This document shows, piece by piece, positions 1 through 12,699 of a DNA stretch of 64,000 nucleotides (position 1 is its first letter; the number at the start of each line of letters is the position of its first letter). The stretch is from Octopus vulgaris. Lineage: Eukaryota. Where the stretch lies: NCBI GenBank assembly GCA_951406725.2, contig OX597814.1, positions 9,920,001 to 9,984,000 on the forward strand, in the 5' to 3' direction. Position numbers and translations under genes: made by a program. The notes under the pieces were generated by a model that saw nothing but the letters and a program-made list of their open reading frames with translations, did no database searches and had not been told where the DNA came from.

Positions 1-845
1 TTGAAACTTCGTATACTGGTAGAATGTGTCAAAAGTAAACTTAATTGTAAACCAGAATGAAAACGGAATTGTAACTTCTAAGTTTAACATTGTTTAATAA
101 TTAGAATTTTAACCAATGGTATTCCGTCTTTCGGCTTCATATTATTTACTCCGTCTCGACCACCAATTTGGTGACGTAGTAAACATATGGTATGTAAACA
201 AAACAATAACGATGAAATTTTTTACTCGGTGTATGTGTATATGTATGAATGTATGTATGTATGAATGTATGTATGTGTGTATATATATCTATGTATGTGT
301 GTGTATGTATGTGTGTGTATGTATGTATGTATGGCCGATTCGGTGTTTAGTTTTTTCGAGTGAATACTCGGTGTATGTGTATCTGTATGTATGTGTGTGT
401 ATGTATCTATGTATGTATGTGTGTGTATGTATGTGTGTGTGTGTATGTATCTATGTATGTATGTGTGTGTATGTATGTGTGTGTGTGTGTGTGTGTGTAT
501 CTATGTGTGTGTGTGTGTCACACATGTATGTATGGCCGATTCAGTGTTTAGTTTTTTCGAGTGAATACTCGGTGTATGTGTATCTGTATGTATGTGTGTG
601 TGTGTGTGTATGTATCTATGTATGTTAGCCTCAAATGTGCACAGTTGCCTACGTCACAAAACTGCTTTCTACGTCACACTAACAGAATGCAGTAACGTAT
701 TAAATATGAAAACAAGCAATCTCATTGGTTAAAATTCGCAGTTTTAATCTACGATTAAAGTCATAAAATAGATTTTTCTCAAATAAACTAGTTCCAACCT
801 GTGTCTTGTTTTGAAACACTGTACCAACATACGAAGTTTCAAATT
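1..845. mobile_element. Foldback/MITE-like element with inverted arms, interior filled by (TG/TATG)n and a ~70 bp duplicated unit
   Basis: TTGAAACTTCGTATACTGGTA (1-21) is the imperfect reverse complement of TACCAACATACGAAGTTTCAA (~822-842). GAATTTTAACCAATG (~104-118) is inverted at CATTGGTTAAAATTC (~723-737). The left end probably lies outside the window. Confidence 0.55.
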
Positions 846-879
846 ATTTAGTTAAGTAGAAAGATCTGGGCTCCTGGCC

Positions 880-1290
880 ACACAATTGAAAAGATCCCTT
901 GGCAGATATACACTCAAACTTGCAACTAAGCGGAAGAATTTCCAGTCCTGCGAAAAAAGTGTGGTGGGGTTGTTGAGAAAGGACTAGAACAAGGGAATGA
1001 TGTTAACTTCAGGCCTGTAGCTCTCCAAAGTGCAGATTTGAAGATATTGGCTGACGTTTCGCAAAGAGATTGTGTTTGTTGATTATCTGGTGAGTGAGAC
1101 ACAGACATGCACCTTCTATATTTAAGAGATGAGGAATTATGTACATTATTTACATTATTTACATTCGACGGATATTTGTCTTAACCACTACGCTATATGC
1201 TCACGGGCATATGGCGTAGTGGTTAAGAGCGCGGGCTACTAACTCCAAGATTCCGAGTTCGATTCCAAGCAGTAACCTGAACAACAGCAT

Positions 1291-1321
<31 letters not shown>

Positions 1322-1575
1322 AATAATAATAACATCGAAAAATACCTTAGGAATGAGAACCCAGGTTCGAAATTTCCCCAAGACACCTGAAGAAGGCTGG
1401 AGGGTCTATCAACTGAAGAACAAACAAAATAAGGACAAATATCCGACAAATATAAATAATTTAAATAATGGACAGACATGCACCATTCAAAACAGATCTA
1501 TCCATAACAACATCTACCTGACGCTATGCATTACAGAAAAGGTGATTAAAGAACCTGGTATGGATAGAACCTGAT
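880..1575 (+). pseudogene. Degenerate L1/Tx1-like LINE reverse transcriptase fragment, split by an insertion
   Basis: Hand translation gives NFRPVALQSADLKILA (~1005-1052; cf. the L1-clade NYRPISLLNxDYKILA motif). After the insertion it continues QTCTIQNRSIHNNIYL (cf. QxGFxxGRSIxDNI). Stops and frameshifts are present. Confidence 0.65.
1114..1471 (+). mobile_element. tRNA-headed SINE-like element with an inverted 5' segment and 13-bp target site duplication
   Basis: A box TGGCGTAGTGG (~1212) and B box GAGTTCGATTCC (~1255). ACAGACATGCACC is repeated at 1101-1113 and 1472-1484. 1157-1203 is an inverted copy of the element's own tail and head. Confidence 0.75.
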
Positions 1576-2442
1576 CAATTTAAACCAGTCGAAAGTTTTC
1601 GCTAGGGTTAACTTTCTTCATTTCGCTGGTGTCCTTATGGCAGCTGATTTCCATCCCGCCTTCAGAGGTTAGTTCGCTGCAATGTACAGTGCCCCTTTCT
1701 ACTAAGAGTTCAGAGCAAATGATCAAATCTCGGAAACCTTCAGTATTATGTGTTCGGTTCGTGAACGCTGCCTTCTCTCTCCTCTTCAGCACATGCTGAC
1801 GTTTTAACCATTACTGTAGAAATCAGAGGTTTTAAAGGACGTTCCGTGCGAACGAGGAAGTGAGAGACCATTCATAAATTATATTCGATGGGGTTCCGCA
1901 CAGTTTTCATCTCACAAATTTCACTGAAGACGTTTTTGGTCGACTCAAGACTATGGTAAAATACCGCACTATTTATGAGAAGGCGAACTTGTTAACCACA
2001 CAGCCATGCTTCTCTCCAACACACACACACATACACACATTCACACAACACACACACACACAACACACACACACACGCACACACACACACACACTCAGAC
2101 AAGACACACACACACACTCTCACACACATACGCACATTTTATACAATTTATCTTTATTTTTTATTTTGTCTCTTCGAGCTTTGAGAGCCAGTGTGGAACC
2201 AGAAGGAAGCTGAAGGTGTTGGAAAGGTCAGACAACTTGATCAAGCGTTGGGGACTGTTGACGCGTCGTAATGTAAACTTTGCCATTATTTATCAGCTAC
2301 AGCATAATTAGTCTTAACTAGCGCAGAACCCTTGTTCCTTTAGAATAACTTATATTTGCTTATCAACGGCTTCTTAACCGGACTTTGTTTTCAGATTAAA
2401 AGTGGGAGACACCCAAATGTATTTACGGGCTACTACAACACA

Positions 2443-2563
<121 letters not shown>

Positions 2564-3209
2564 GCGCGCGTGATACGCACATATATACACGCGAAAACAC
2601 ACATACATACCCAAACATAAACACACACACATGCATATACATACGTCATGTATGTATATATACATATATAAATATATATATGTGTGTGTGTGTAATACAC
2701 ACACACATATATATATATATACATGCATGCATGCACACGGTCACACACAGAAACACACACACACACAAGTACCACCCATATATATATATATATATATGAA
2801 CACAAGTGGTTCCTTGGTTGATGGTAATGGTGGTCGGGGTGAGGGTACTAGTGTTGGTGGAGGTGGCGGTGGTGATGGTGTTGCAGTGGTTGAGTCGGTG
2901 TTGGTTGAGGTGGTTGGGTTGATAATGAATGCTCGGTGGCAAGTATGGCGTTGTTATGCTTAGCAGTGTCGTTCATAATGACGACGACGACGACGGCGGC
3001 GGTGGCGGCGGCGGTTTTGATGATGACGACAACAACAGTGACGATACTAATGATGATGATGAAGATGATGATGAAGGAAGTGGTGTTGGTGCGAGGGATA
3101 GTGGTGGAAGGAGAGGTCATGTCGTTGGCGACTGCGGATAGGTTGTTGTGTAGTGATTGAGTCATTTGGTTTTGTTGTAGTTTTTGTTTTGGTTAATTAT
3201 CATAATGGT

Positions 3210-3492
3210 AAGTAATATTCGTAGCCACATCAACATGGCTGTCCCTTTGAGCGGACTCTACTGCGATTTTTTAACCGCAAGAACACACCTCCTCTAGCTG
3301 TTTAATGATGCACAACAGCATCCGATAAAATTGCGAGGAGAGGACCGAACCCCCCACCAAGTCGGTTATAGTTTTATCGGATGCAACTGTGCATCGTTAA
3401 CCAGTTAGATGAGATGTCTTTTAGGGGTTAAAAAATCGCAGTAAACTCCGCTCGAACAAAGAGCCATGTTGAAGTGGCTACGAATATTACTT
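3210..3492. mobile_element. Palindromic foldback MITE
   Basis: ~120 bp imperfect inverted arms: AAGTAATATTCGTAGCCAC...GTGGCTACGAATATTACTT, TACTGCGATTTTTTAACC/GGTTAAAAAATCGCAGTA, GCATCCGATAAAA/TTTTATCGGATGC. Confidence 0.8.
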
Positions 3493-3954
3493 GTCAGTAC
3501 AACTACTGTGTTGATCTCTTACAGAGATTTTAGAACTAGCATTTTTGCTTGTTGCAATATCATAGTGGTACTGACGAGATAATGCATGTTCCTTAGTAAT
3601 AATAACTAACTAACACTCAGTCGGTCACAAAAATGAGTGATTTTTTATTTCTCACAAGGGAACAACATAGATAAGGGACAATACAATCTGATTGGGGTCA
3701 GATAGACGGACGGATATAACATAAAGATGACATTAAAAATTCACAAAAATATAAATAAATCGAATGGTAGGTCAGACCAGAAGATATTACGGATGGAGTG
3801 GGAAGGCGGGTTCAATTCGGACCCCACGAGCCCCGCCTCGCCACTGATACCTGAGATACGTCCTGTGTCGCATTCACTCGCAACATCCGTGCTACATTCT
3901 TCCTTCGATTTTCAAACATTTTCACAGTCAGGCATTTTCTCTCCAGCCCTCAAT

Positions 3955-4218
3955 CAACCGAACAGCCTGTTGTCGTGAAATTCGCATACATGTGGCTGAG
4001 CTCTCCACAGACACTCGCACCCCTCAACGTAGTTCTAAGGAAGATTCAGCATGACCCAGAATGTGATGAGACTGGTCGTTTTGAATTAGAGGTACAATTT
4101 ACTTTTGCGAGCTGAGAAGACTTCAGCAACGCTCAAGGACACAACGCGTAGCCGGAAATCGAACCCACGACTAAACGATCGTGAGTCGAATACTCTAACC
4201 ATTAAGCCACGCGCCTTC
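3955..4218 (-). mobile_element. tRNA-derived SINE (family C-related), diverged
   Basis: Shares GTGGCTGAG..CTCCACAGACAC...AACGTAGTTCT with the 39668-40045 copy. The minus-strand head has GTGGCTTAATGGTTAGAG and GGTTCGATTTCC boxes. Confidence 0.7.
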
Positions 4219-4374
4219 ACAGTAGCAATAGTAGTGGTGTTTACACTGACAGTATTGTTGTTGCTGATGTTGTTGTCGTTATTGAAGCTGCAGTTTAGCC
4301 CTTGGCGAACACTGATCCCCGGACATTCCTACCGTAATCATCCAATGTTTACCTCTTTCTTTTTGCTTTTTTTT

Positions 4375-4552
4375 TTACTTGCTTGTCTGCGGCCATGCTG
4401 GAGCACCACCTTTAGTCGAAGAAATTTTCCCAGGCCTTATTCTTTATAACCTGGTACTTATTCCATCGAGGGCTTTTGACGAACGGTTAAGTTACGGGAA
4501 CATAATAATACCAGCATCGGTAATCAAGTGAGAGGGAAGGGGACAAACACAC

Positions 4553-4632
<80 letters not shown>

Positions 4633-4710
4633 GAAAAGGCTTCTTTCACTTTCCGGACTGGACCCAGAACTATGTGGTTAGGAAGCAGGCTTTTTACCAC
4701 ACAGCCATAT
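4375..4710 (-). mobile_element. SINE family A (tRNA head, CORE-like block, internal microsatellite), internally deleted
   Basis: CTGCGGCCATGCTGGAGCACC tail and ACCACACAGCC head match the other family A copies. Confidence 0.8.
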
Positions 4711-5089
4711 AAAATCCAGAACTACCTTATCCGTTTCTAACACAATGCTGGTCAAGAGGTGTTTTGAGGGATAATCGGCTGTTATTTATAGCAGTTCAAA
4801 TCATTACGTGGAGCCTCCTTCGTTGATTGTGGGTTGATTAGATGCGGTGATAGTATTGGTGAGGTTTGCACTAGAACTAGGGGTGATGGTGACAGTACTG
4901 GAAGAGGTGGAGGTGGTAGTTATGGTGGCATCCGTGAAAGTGATGGTGGGGGAGGAGAAGAAGGAAGACGAGAAGGAAAGGGAGAAGGCGGAAGAGAAGG
5001 AGGAACAAAAGGAAGATGACGTGGTGGTGGTGGTGGTGGTGGTGGTGGTTGCAATCTTGGTGCTTGTGGTTTCGGGGGAATTAGTTGTA

Positions 5090-5111
5090 CTCATGATGAT
5101 GATGTTAATGG

Positions 5112-5160
<49 letters not shown>

Positions 5161-5352
5161 AATGATGATGGTGGTGATGATGATGATGATGAGGAGGAAG
5201 AGGATGAAGATCACAGTGATGGTGATGGTGGTGATGATGATGATAATGATGATGATGACGATGATGGTGTTAATAATGATGATGATGAGGAGAAGGGGGA
5301 TGAAGATGATAGCAGTGATGGTGATGGTGGTGATGATGATGATGACGATGAC

Positions 5353-5388
<36 letters not shown>

Positions 5389-5674
5389 AATGATGATGGT
5401 GGTGATGATGATGATGATGAGGAGGAGGAGGATGAAGATCACAGTGATGGTGATGGTGGTGATGATGATGATAATGATGATGATGACGATGATGGTGTTA
5501 ATAATGATGATGATGATGAGGAGAAGGGGGATGAAGATGATAGCAGTGATGGTGATGGTGGTGATGATGATGATGACGATGACGATGATGATGATGATGA
5601 TGATGATGATGATAATGATGATGATGATGATGATGATTCGAATGCTGCTGCTGCTGATATTGACGATTATGATA

Positions 5675-5724
<50 letters not shown>

Positions 5725-5919
5725 AATGATGATGGTGGTGATGATGATGATGATGATGAGGAGGAGGATGAAGATCACAGTGATGGTGATGGTGGTGATG
5801 ATGATGATAATGATGATGATGACGATGATGGTGTTAATAATGATGATGATGAGGAGGAGAAGGGGGATGAAGATGATAGCAGTGATGGTGATGGTGGGGA
5901 TGATGATGATGACGATGAC

Positions 5920-5953
<34 letters not shown>

Positions 5954-6015
5954 CGAATGCTGCTGCTGCTGATATTGACGATTATGATAATGATGATGAT
6001 GATGATGATGATGAC
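5090..6015. repeat. (GAT)n microsatellite with higher-order duplicated units
   Basis: GAT runs with recurring anchors GAGGATGAAGATCACAGTGATGG (3x), GAGAAGGGGGATGAAGATGATAGCAG (3x) and ATTCGAATGCTGCTGCTGCTGATATTG (2x). Confidence 0.9.
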
Positions 6016-6536
6016 ATTTATGGTATTGGCAGTGGTTCTTGTAACGATGATGCCATACGACTGTTCTACTGCTGCTGCTGCTGCTGTTGTTAATGATGGT
6101 GATGATGCTGATAATTACTGAAGAGCGATAATGTGAGTCATGCCGCTCCTGGTGGCGTTCGTGTGTTGTTGATTGTCCCCTGGTGCTGCTGGTATTACTG
6201 TTGGTTCGGGTGTTAAGAAGGGGCCAGATTAGGAAGCTTGAAACAATCCCCAGCCACGACTTTGACGATAAGAAGACGACGAAAACCAGACTACAGCGAC
6301 ATCTACAAATGATGGCGATTGTGTGGTGTGATAGCGATGGAGGCTATACAGTGGTGGTGATGCAGATGATGGTGGCGGATACGATGGTGTGGATGATGGA
6401 GGTCGTGGCGGTGGCAGTGGTGGTCGTGGTGGTACTGAAGGCTCTGTCATTCCCGGGTTGTAATGGCGGGCAGTGGTGGTGATAATGATGATGTCGACGA
6501 CGACGATGATGACTACGATGAATGTGATGTTGGTGT

Positions 6537-6572
<36 letters not shown>

Positions 6573-6616
6573 CGAAGAAAAGGAAGAAGAGACGAAAAAA
6601 TGGTGGAGTAGGTAAA

Positions 6617-6657
<41 letters not shown>

Positions 6658-6734
6658 AGTCGATGAGATGGAGAATGTGAAAGAGGAGGATAATCATAGT
6701 GACATTCGTAGTGATGAGTTACTCTCTCTCTCTC

Positions 6735-6917
6735 TCTTTACTTGTTTCACTGCGGCCATGCTGGAGCACCGCCTTTAGTCGAGCAAATCGACCCCAGAAC
6801 TTATTCTCTGTAAGCCTAGAACTTATTGTATCGGTCTCCGCTAGGCTACGGGAACGTAAACACACCAACATCGGTTGTCGAGCGATGGTGGGTGGGGGGA
6901 CAAACACAGATACACAA

Positions 6918-6958
<41 letters not shown>

Positions 6959-7128
6959 CATATATATATATACGACGGGCTTCTTTCAGTTTCCGTCTAC
7001 CAAATCCACTCACAAGGCTTTGGTTGGCTCGAGGCTATAGTAGAAGACACTTGCCCAAGGTGCCATGCAGTGGGACTGAACCCAGAACCATGTGGTTGGT
7101 AAGCAAGCTACTTACCACACAGCCACTC
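6735..7128 (-). mobile_element. SINE family A, near full length
   Basis: Minus-strand head GAGTGGCTGTGTGGTAAG (A box) ... GGGTTCAGTCCC (B box), CCTTGGGCAAGT CORE-like block, tail GGCGGTGCTCCAGCATGGCCGCAG. Confidence 0.9.
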
Positions 7129-7366
7129 TTGGTAAAAATACTGATGATGCTGATGATGATGATGACTGTAGTAGTAATGATGATGGTGGTAGTGAGGGTA
7201 TTGGGTCTTGTTGTTGTTGTGGTGGTGGTGGTGGTGATGCTTCTGATACAGTAAATGATGATGATGCAAAAATTCAAATCAAATCTCTGACTGAAGAGCT
7301 CCTCAATGTCGTAATGCACTGATTCCTTCCTACTGCATTTATTCTGGGGTAATGCCCCCGCTTGAG

Positions 7367-7413
<47 letters not shown>

Positions 7414-7419
<6 letters not shown>

Positions 7420-7586
7420 ATCCAAACAAGAAAACACAAAAAAACACAACAACGCGATGACGTGGAACAAATATATTATTATTGGACGCTCAGAAAAGAA
7501 GGGAAGAAGAAGGGTTTAACGTTTCGAGCAGAGCTCTTCGTCGGAAACATAGGAGAAGGAAAGATCCCGAGAAGGGAAGACAGAGG

Positions 7587-7590
<4 letters not shown>
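7414..7590 (-). mobile_element. Short non-autonomous element (family E) carrying a minimal type I hammerhead motif at 7514-7548
   Basis: Minus strand: gttt-CCGACGA-A-GAGC tct GCTC-GAAA-CG-TT-aaac. Flanked by (TA)n on both sides. Near-identical copy at 49545-49750. Confidence 0.75.
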
Positions 7591-7626
<36 letters not shown>

Positions 7627-7695
7627 GTGTGTGTGTATGTATGTATGTATGTATGTATGTATGTATGTATGTATGTATATATATATGTATGTATG

Positions 7696-7726
<31 letters not shown>

Positions 7727-7858
7727 TAATAAAAAGAATTCCAACCTTGTCTGATTTTCACGTTTTATTTACAATCTTATAATGATATATTATAAGATAA
7801 TATATTATAATTGAATAAAATAAAATGAAATAGTAGAATGTTAAATATTCATTCTGAT

Positions 7859-7903
7859 TGAACTAGTACTTTCATGCATTGAATTCTGCAATCTTCGGGT
7901 TCA
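7859..7903 (-). ncRNA. Minimal type I hammerhead ribozyme motif (Penelope pLTR type)
   Basis: tgaac-CCGAAGA-T-TGCA gaattcaa TGCA-T-GAAA-GTAC-TA-gttca: perfect 5-bp helix I and palindromic helix III AGTACT. Core variant U4C. Confidence 0.65.
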
Positions 7904-8397
7904 TGTAGTAGTGTTGACAGTCATGCTTCACAATTTTTGACTGTAGCAAGATGAGTGATTCTGTGCTATAAATACAGCTGGGTAGGCTCCAGAGTGCTAG
8001 GTTTTGCAAACTGTATTCTGACCAATCAGTGTGTAGTATCACTCAATTACTTAAGCTGATTGGTTGGTTGAGCTGATTGGTTTAGGCATCACGCTTTGTT
8101 GGACAGGTCAAGAGTCCTGTATCTTGACCCTGGCCGAAGCAGCAATTGTTGGGTTATTTTTAGAAATGTTGTAAATATCCTTTGTCAGAGATTTTTATAT
8201 TTTTATATTTCAATTGTCATCATCATCATTGTCAGCACCTTAATTATTGTTGCTAGTGGTGATGGTGGTGGCAATAGAACTTTTAACCCTAAATAAGATA
8301 ATTTTCCTGCTATCTTCGTCTTGATCACCTTTAGTATTGTTGTTGTTGTTAGTGGTCATGGTCGTAGCAGTGGAAGTAATACCTCTAAGTATTATTA

Positions 8398-8763
8398 TTA
8401 TTGCTTATTTAGCTTGGGTTCGAATTTATCAATAAAATTCTTTTCTCTGATTTTCCTCTCGATTTCACTTGGGCTGTGTAATTTGTAGAATGGAAATATT
8501 ATATATATTTTCCGACCACATGTTGCTAGGTGGTTACTCAAAGGTATCTGACGGACCTCTGGGTCTCTAATCTGTTGCCGGTGTACACGTGAGCGTTCTA
8601 ATAGTGCGTTTCCCGTCTGACCTACATATATTTCTTCACAATTTGGGCATTTGATGCAGTAAATTAAATTTCTGCTTTTGCAGTTCATATTCGCGTTTGT
8701 GAATATTTTCCCGGTTTTTGTGTTTATATATTGACCGGTATGTATGAATTGGCATGTGCCACA
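8398..8763 (-). pseudogene. Penelope-like GIY-YIG endonuclease C-terminal fragment
   Basis: The open frame extends upstream of the annotated ATG: [50 protein letters not shown]...RVHRQQI...NHL...REKNFIDKFEPKLN. This matches the PLE-type IY..C..C...YVGQT, H..H, E and N pattern. Confidence 0.9.
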
Positions 8764-8765
8764 TC

Positions 8766-8825
<60 letters not shown>

Positions 8826-8860
8826 GTATATATCTATGTATATATATATGTACATATATG

Positions 8861-8892
<32 letters not shown>

Positions 8893-8970
8893 TATGTATG
8901 TATATAAATTTAAATATATATGGCTCTAACCACTGAGCCATGTGACTTCCCTATATGTATACATATATAC

Positions 8971-9012
<42 letters not shown>

Positions 9013-9029
9013 ATACATATAGGGAAGTC

Positions 9030-9355
9030 ACATGGCTCAGCGGTTAGAGCATCTGGGCTCACAATCCGGAATCATAAGACAGTGGATCCGATTCCCGGAC
9101 TGGGCTGTGTGTTGTGTTCTTAAGCATCATACTTTATTCCACGTTGCTCCAGTTCACTCAGCTGGAGAAATGTGTTGCGACGTCACTGGTGCCAAGATGT
9201 ATCAGTCTTTGTCTTTCCCTTGGATAACATCGGTGGCGTGCAGCGGAGAGGCTGGTATGCATGGGCAAATGCTGGTCTTCCACAAAAAAACCTGCTTGGA
9301 CTGGTAACTCTAGTGCAATCCCACGGTCATTCATATCCGAAGGGGGTCTTTACCC
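9030..9355 (+). mobile_element. tRNA-derived SINE, diverged (related to 26035-26285)
   Basis: TGGCTCAGCGGTTAGAG A box, GATCCGATTCCC B-box-like motif, and TTGTGTTCTT...CACTCAGCTGG shared with the 26035 copy. Confidence 0.65.
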
Positions 9356-10029
9356 TTGTACACACAAACACACACATATATAAAAGCGGAGGTTGCTTTC
9401 CAGCAAAAGTTCATTACCACGTTTGACTGATCCGAACCTATCGATTACGCCAAGGGATATTTTCCTTTTTCCAAGCAGACCCACTCATGACCATCGAGTC
9501 GAGCTATATTAATCGGTCAAGTCAATGCTTAATACCAAACCTCGAAACTTTGGAATTTTTGCAAAGGCCATGGTTGCAGAATGCTTCACGTTTTACTATG
9601 CCAGTGTTTCTCAAACTGTCTGTTACAGCACGCTAGAGAGAACTAAGAATTTTTACCTGAGTGCCGCGTAGGTTTTGAAAGCAATTTAAAGTTTTTGAAA
9701 ATCAAAAGCTGTACGCTTTCCAAAATACTCAAGCGCTTTGAAAAACGTATTATTCATAAATGTTTCTATAGAGGGAAGGGTCTGTCACTCAATATTGACT
9801 ATGCCTTTGCAGATATATGTTCAGGCCTGGGCAGGATTTTTTAAAGCAAGACCAGCAGTTGCCTATACATTTAAGCCGATCCTTTTCCCGCCATTGTTAT
9901 TTATTCAAGAGAAGGCTCTAACTTGGACCGACATGTCAGATATCACAGAGCAGATATCACAAGGAATCCTTCCCGACCCTTTAACAGTTCCTCTATTCCA
10001 ATGTCCTAGACTGGTTTACTTTACCAAAA

Positions 10030-10630
10030 ACGAAAATGGTGTCTATACACCTAGATCAGCTTGCAGCACCACCTACCCAGACTGTAAGATGTTAACATTT
10101 CAGAGTAGTTGTCTCCTCATCGGTTACCGACACTAAGCAGATGACACTACGAGCTGAATTAAGAGATTACCTCTCTTATGCTTTTCCAGTCATCGTGCTA
10201 TACCGCGGCTCACCGTAAGTAAATTACGGAGGGGGAACGCTAAGTAGTAATAAGTAAAATTGCAATGTTATTATCAGCCCGAATATGCTCGATGCACGTT
10301 CGAACTGAGGAAGAAGCTACTCACTGTGTTTTGCCACGGGAGAATATACCACGCTTTTTGAGAAATGGTGTGTATACACCTAGATCCGCTTGCAGACGAC
10401 GCTACTTCGTCGGCTGCCTAGTGTCTGCGACCGATGAGGAGATAATTACTCCGAAATGCTAGTATCTCACAGTATAGGTAGTTGGTGCTGCAAGCTGATC
10501 TAGGTGTATAGAGACCATTTTGTCAACAAACGATATATATTCTCCCTGACAATACACAGTGAGTAGCTTGTTCCCCAGTTCGAACTTGCATTGAGCATAT
10601 TCGGACCGATAATAACATTGCAACTACTTT
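10030..10630. mobile_element. Nested inverted pLTR-like repeat with two opposite-strand hammerhead motifs (10082-10129 minus; 10425-10472 plus)
   Basis: 10030-10140 is inverted at ~10410-10525, and ~10258-10395 is inverted at ~10488-10625. Both HHR copies read CCGATGA-GGAG..CTC(C/T)-GAAA-palindrome-TC. Confidence 0.75.
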
Positions 10631-10986
10631 CCTTTACTAGCACCCTACTAAAATTATCATTACAACAAGCAATTACTACTTAATGTGAACGTGTAAGTGC
10701 GTGCGCAAGCATGAACGTGGGAGTGTGAGCACAAGCGTGTATGATTATGCGGCAGTATAGATGCATCGCCTTTTATTTTTGTTGCTATTTTCCTCCTACT
10801 TTTCTCTATTACCACCTCAAATAACACATCACAATTTCATTTTCCACCTTCCTCTCATTCTCCGATATCTTCCGTATGACAATGACAACAGACATCGATA
10901 GTTTTCGTTATCAATACCCGTGTAATTTCCAGATTTCGTCAGTTTGGTAGTTAAAAAAGGACATATATATACCTTAATTCTAAGTA

Positions 10987-11313
10987 CAGTCGCGGCCAAA
11001 GTTTGGAGAATTTAAAAACAAAAAAAAAATTAGAATTGTTATGCCCAAGTACAATTCGATTAAAATATCTAATTTAATAATTATTACTATAAAAATTCTA
11101 ATTTTCAGACCTGGGTTCCAAAAGTTCTTGCCAAGTAATAATATATTGCAAATTAGATATAACTTTGGGCATTTAATATAAAAATTCTAGTTTTGAGACC
11201 TGTGTTCCAAACGTTTGGCCAAGTAATAATATATTGCAAATTAAATAAAACTTTTGGCATTCAGTATAAAAATTCTAACTTTCAGAACTGTTCCAAACTT
11301 TTGGCCACGACTG
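10987..11313. mobile_element. Tc1-like MITE with internal ~96 bp tandem repeat
   Basis: TIRs CAGTCGCGGCCAAAGTTTGGA / TCCAAACTTTTGGCCACGACTG, preceded by TA. The internal unit TATAAAAATTCTA..AGACCTG..TTCCAAA..GCCAAGTAATAATATATTGCAAATT occurs ~2.5 times. Confidence 0.8.
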
Positions 11314-12350
11314 TTTTCTGAAAATGGGGAGCACACACAACAAAAGTGTGAAAAAAACTGTCAACCAGTTAAACGAACCAGTGTCCTTTGCTGGATCCCC
11401 TACCATCATACGACGACTCAATGATGACTAACCTGGGGTTAAAAAACAGCAGGCTGTTCCTATCTACTAGAAATAGCAGCCAAATATATCCCACCATGTA
11501 TCGAACTGTCTTTAAAACAGAAAAACGCGTTCAATAATATAATCCTAAATATAACGTATGTATCTGAGATAAGGTGTCTGAAAAGAGGTCATTACTAGAG
11601 CGCCTGTCGTCATAGAGCTGCACATTGAAGGCTGACCTGGGGTTAAAAATAAGAACAACAAAAACAAAAGAATTAGTGGTATGTAAGGGAATTTAACATT
11701 CCTATTCTTCATCCAATTTTATTTTCTCATCTCACCTAATCGCTTGACGCCATTTTGACGAGGGAATTCGTTGAAGGTTCCCCCCCCCCCTCCTTTTTAT
11801 ATAAATACTCAATGCTGATGGGTTTTAGCTTTCTAATATACATTAAATACACTTTAAGACTATAAAAGAAGAGGTAAAACGAAAGCACAAAACTCCTTGC
11901 AAAACAGAATGGGGAAAAAAAAATTGGAAAAAGAAATCGCCTAACTAATAAATCTCACTCGAGTTATCATCTTGACGTTTTAATAACTACTACCTCAGAG
12001 GGATTCTATCGTGTCTTTCAAAGGGTCGTTAGCTTTTAATATTTTAGCCCGATTACATTTCCACGCTTTATTAATTCGCACCTGACAATGATCTGTTATC
12101 TACATACGAATTCATTCATTTATATACACATCTACGTACATATATGTATGTGTGCATGCATGTATGTATGTATGTATGTATGTATGTATGTATGTATGTA
12201 TGTATGTATGTATGTATGTATGTATGCATGTATGTATGTATGTATGCATGTGTGTGTATATGTATGTATGCATGTATGAATCTATGTATACATACGCAGA
12301 TTCGTACACACAAGTATACATAATTACATAGCAACATATGCAAATGTATG

Positions 12351-12394
<44 letters not shown>

Positions 12395-12547
12395 AACATA
12401 CGCACACACATGCAACACACATGCAAACATATACATACTTGCATATATATATGTATATATATATATGTATGTATTTGTATATGTATATGTGTCTATATAT
12501 AAACATACCTACGTACATGTTCATATGTGCAAACGCATTGTGTGTGC

Positions 12548-12578
<31 letters not shown>

Positions 12579-12627
12579 CATACATACATATGCATATATT
12601 TGAATATATATATACATATATATAATA

Positions 12628-12699
<72 letters not shown>

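Larger units (their letters stand above)
7728..8765 (-). mobile_element. 5'-truncated Penelope-like retroelement inserted in (TA)n
   Basis: Contains a CxxC linker plus GIY-YIG ORF end, a ~670 bp 3' region with a hammerhead motif, and (TA)n on both flanks. Confidence 0.8.

Noticed and set aside
1205-1275. Apparent tRNA genes here and at ~39975-40045
   Set aside because: A/B boxes are present but the acceptor stems are not intact and they run into SINE bodies, so they are SINE heads rather than tRNA genes.
1580-1860. 70-aa minus ORF next to the Tx1-like RT relic
   Set aside because: May be an inverted LINE remnant, but no motif is clear enough to assign.
4804-6121. 424-aa and 324-aa ORFs (poly-Met / poly-Ile)
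   Set aside because: Read-through of a (GAT)n array with no protein-like complexity.
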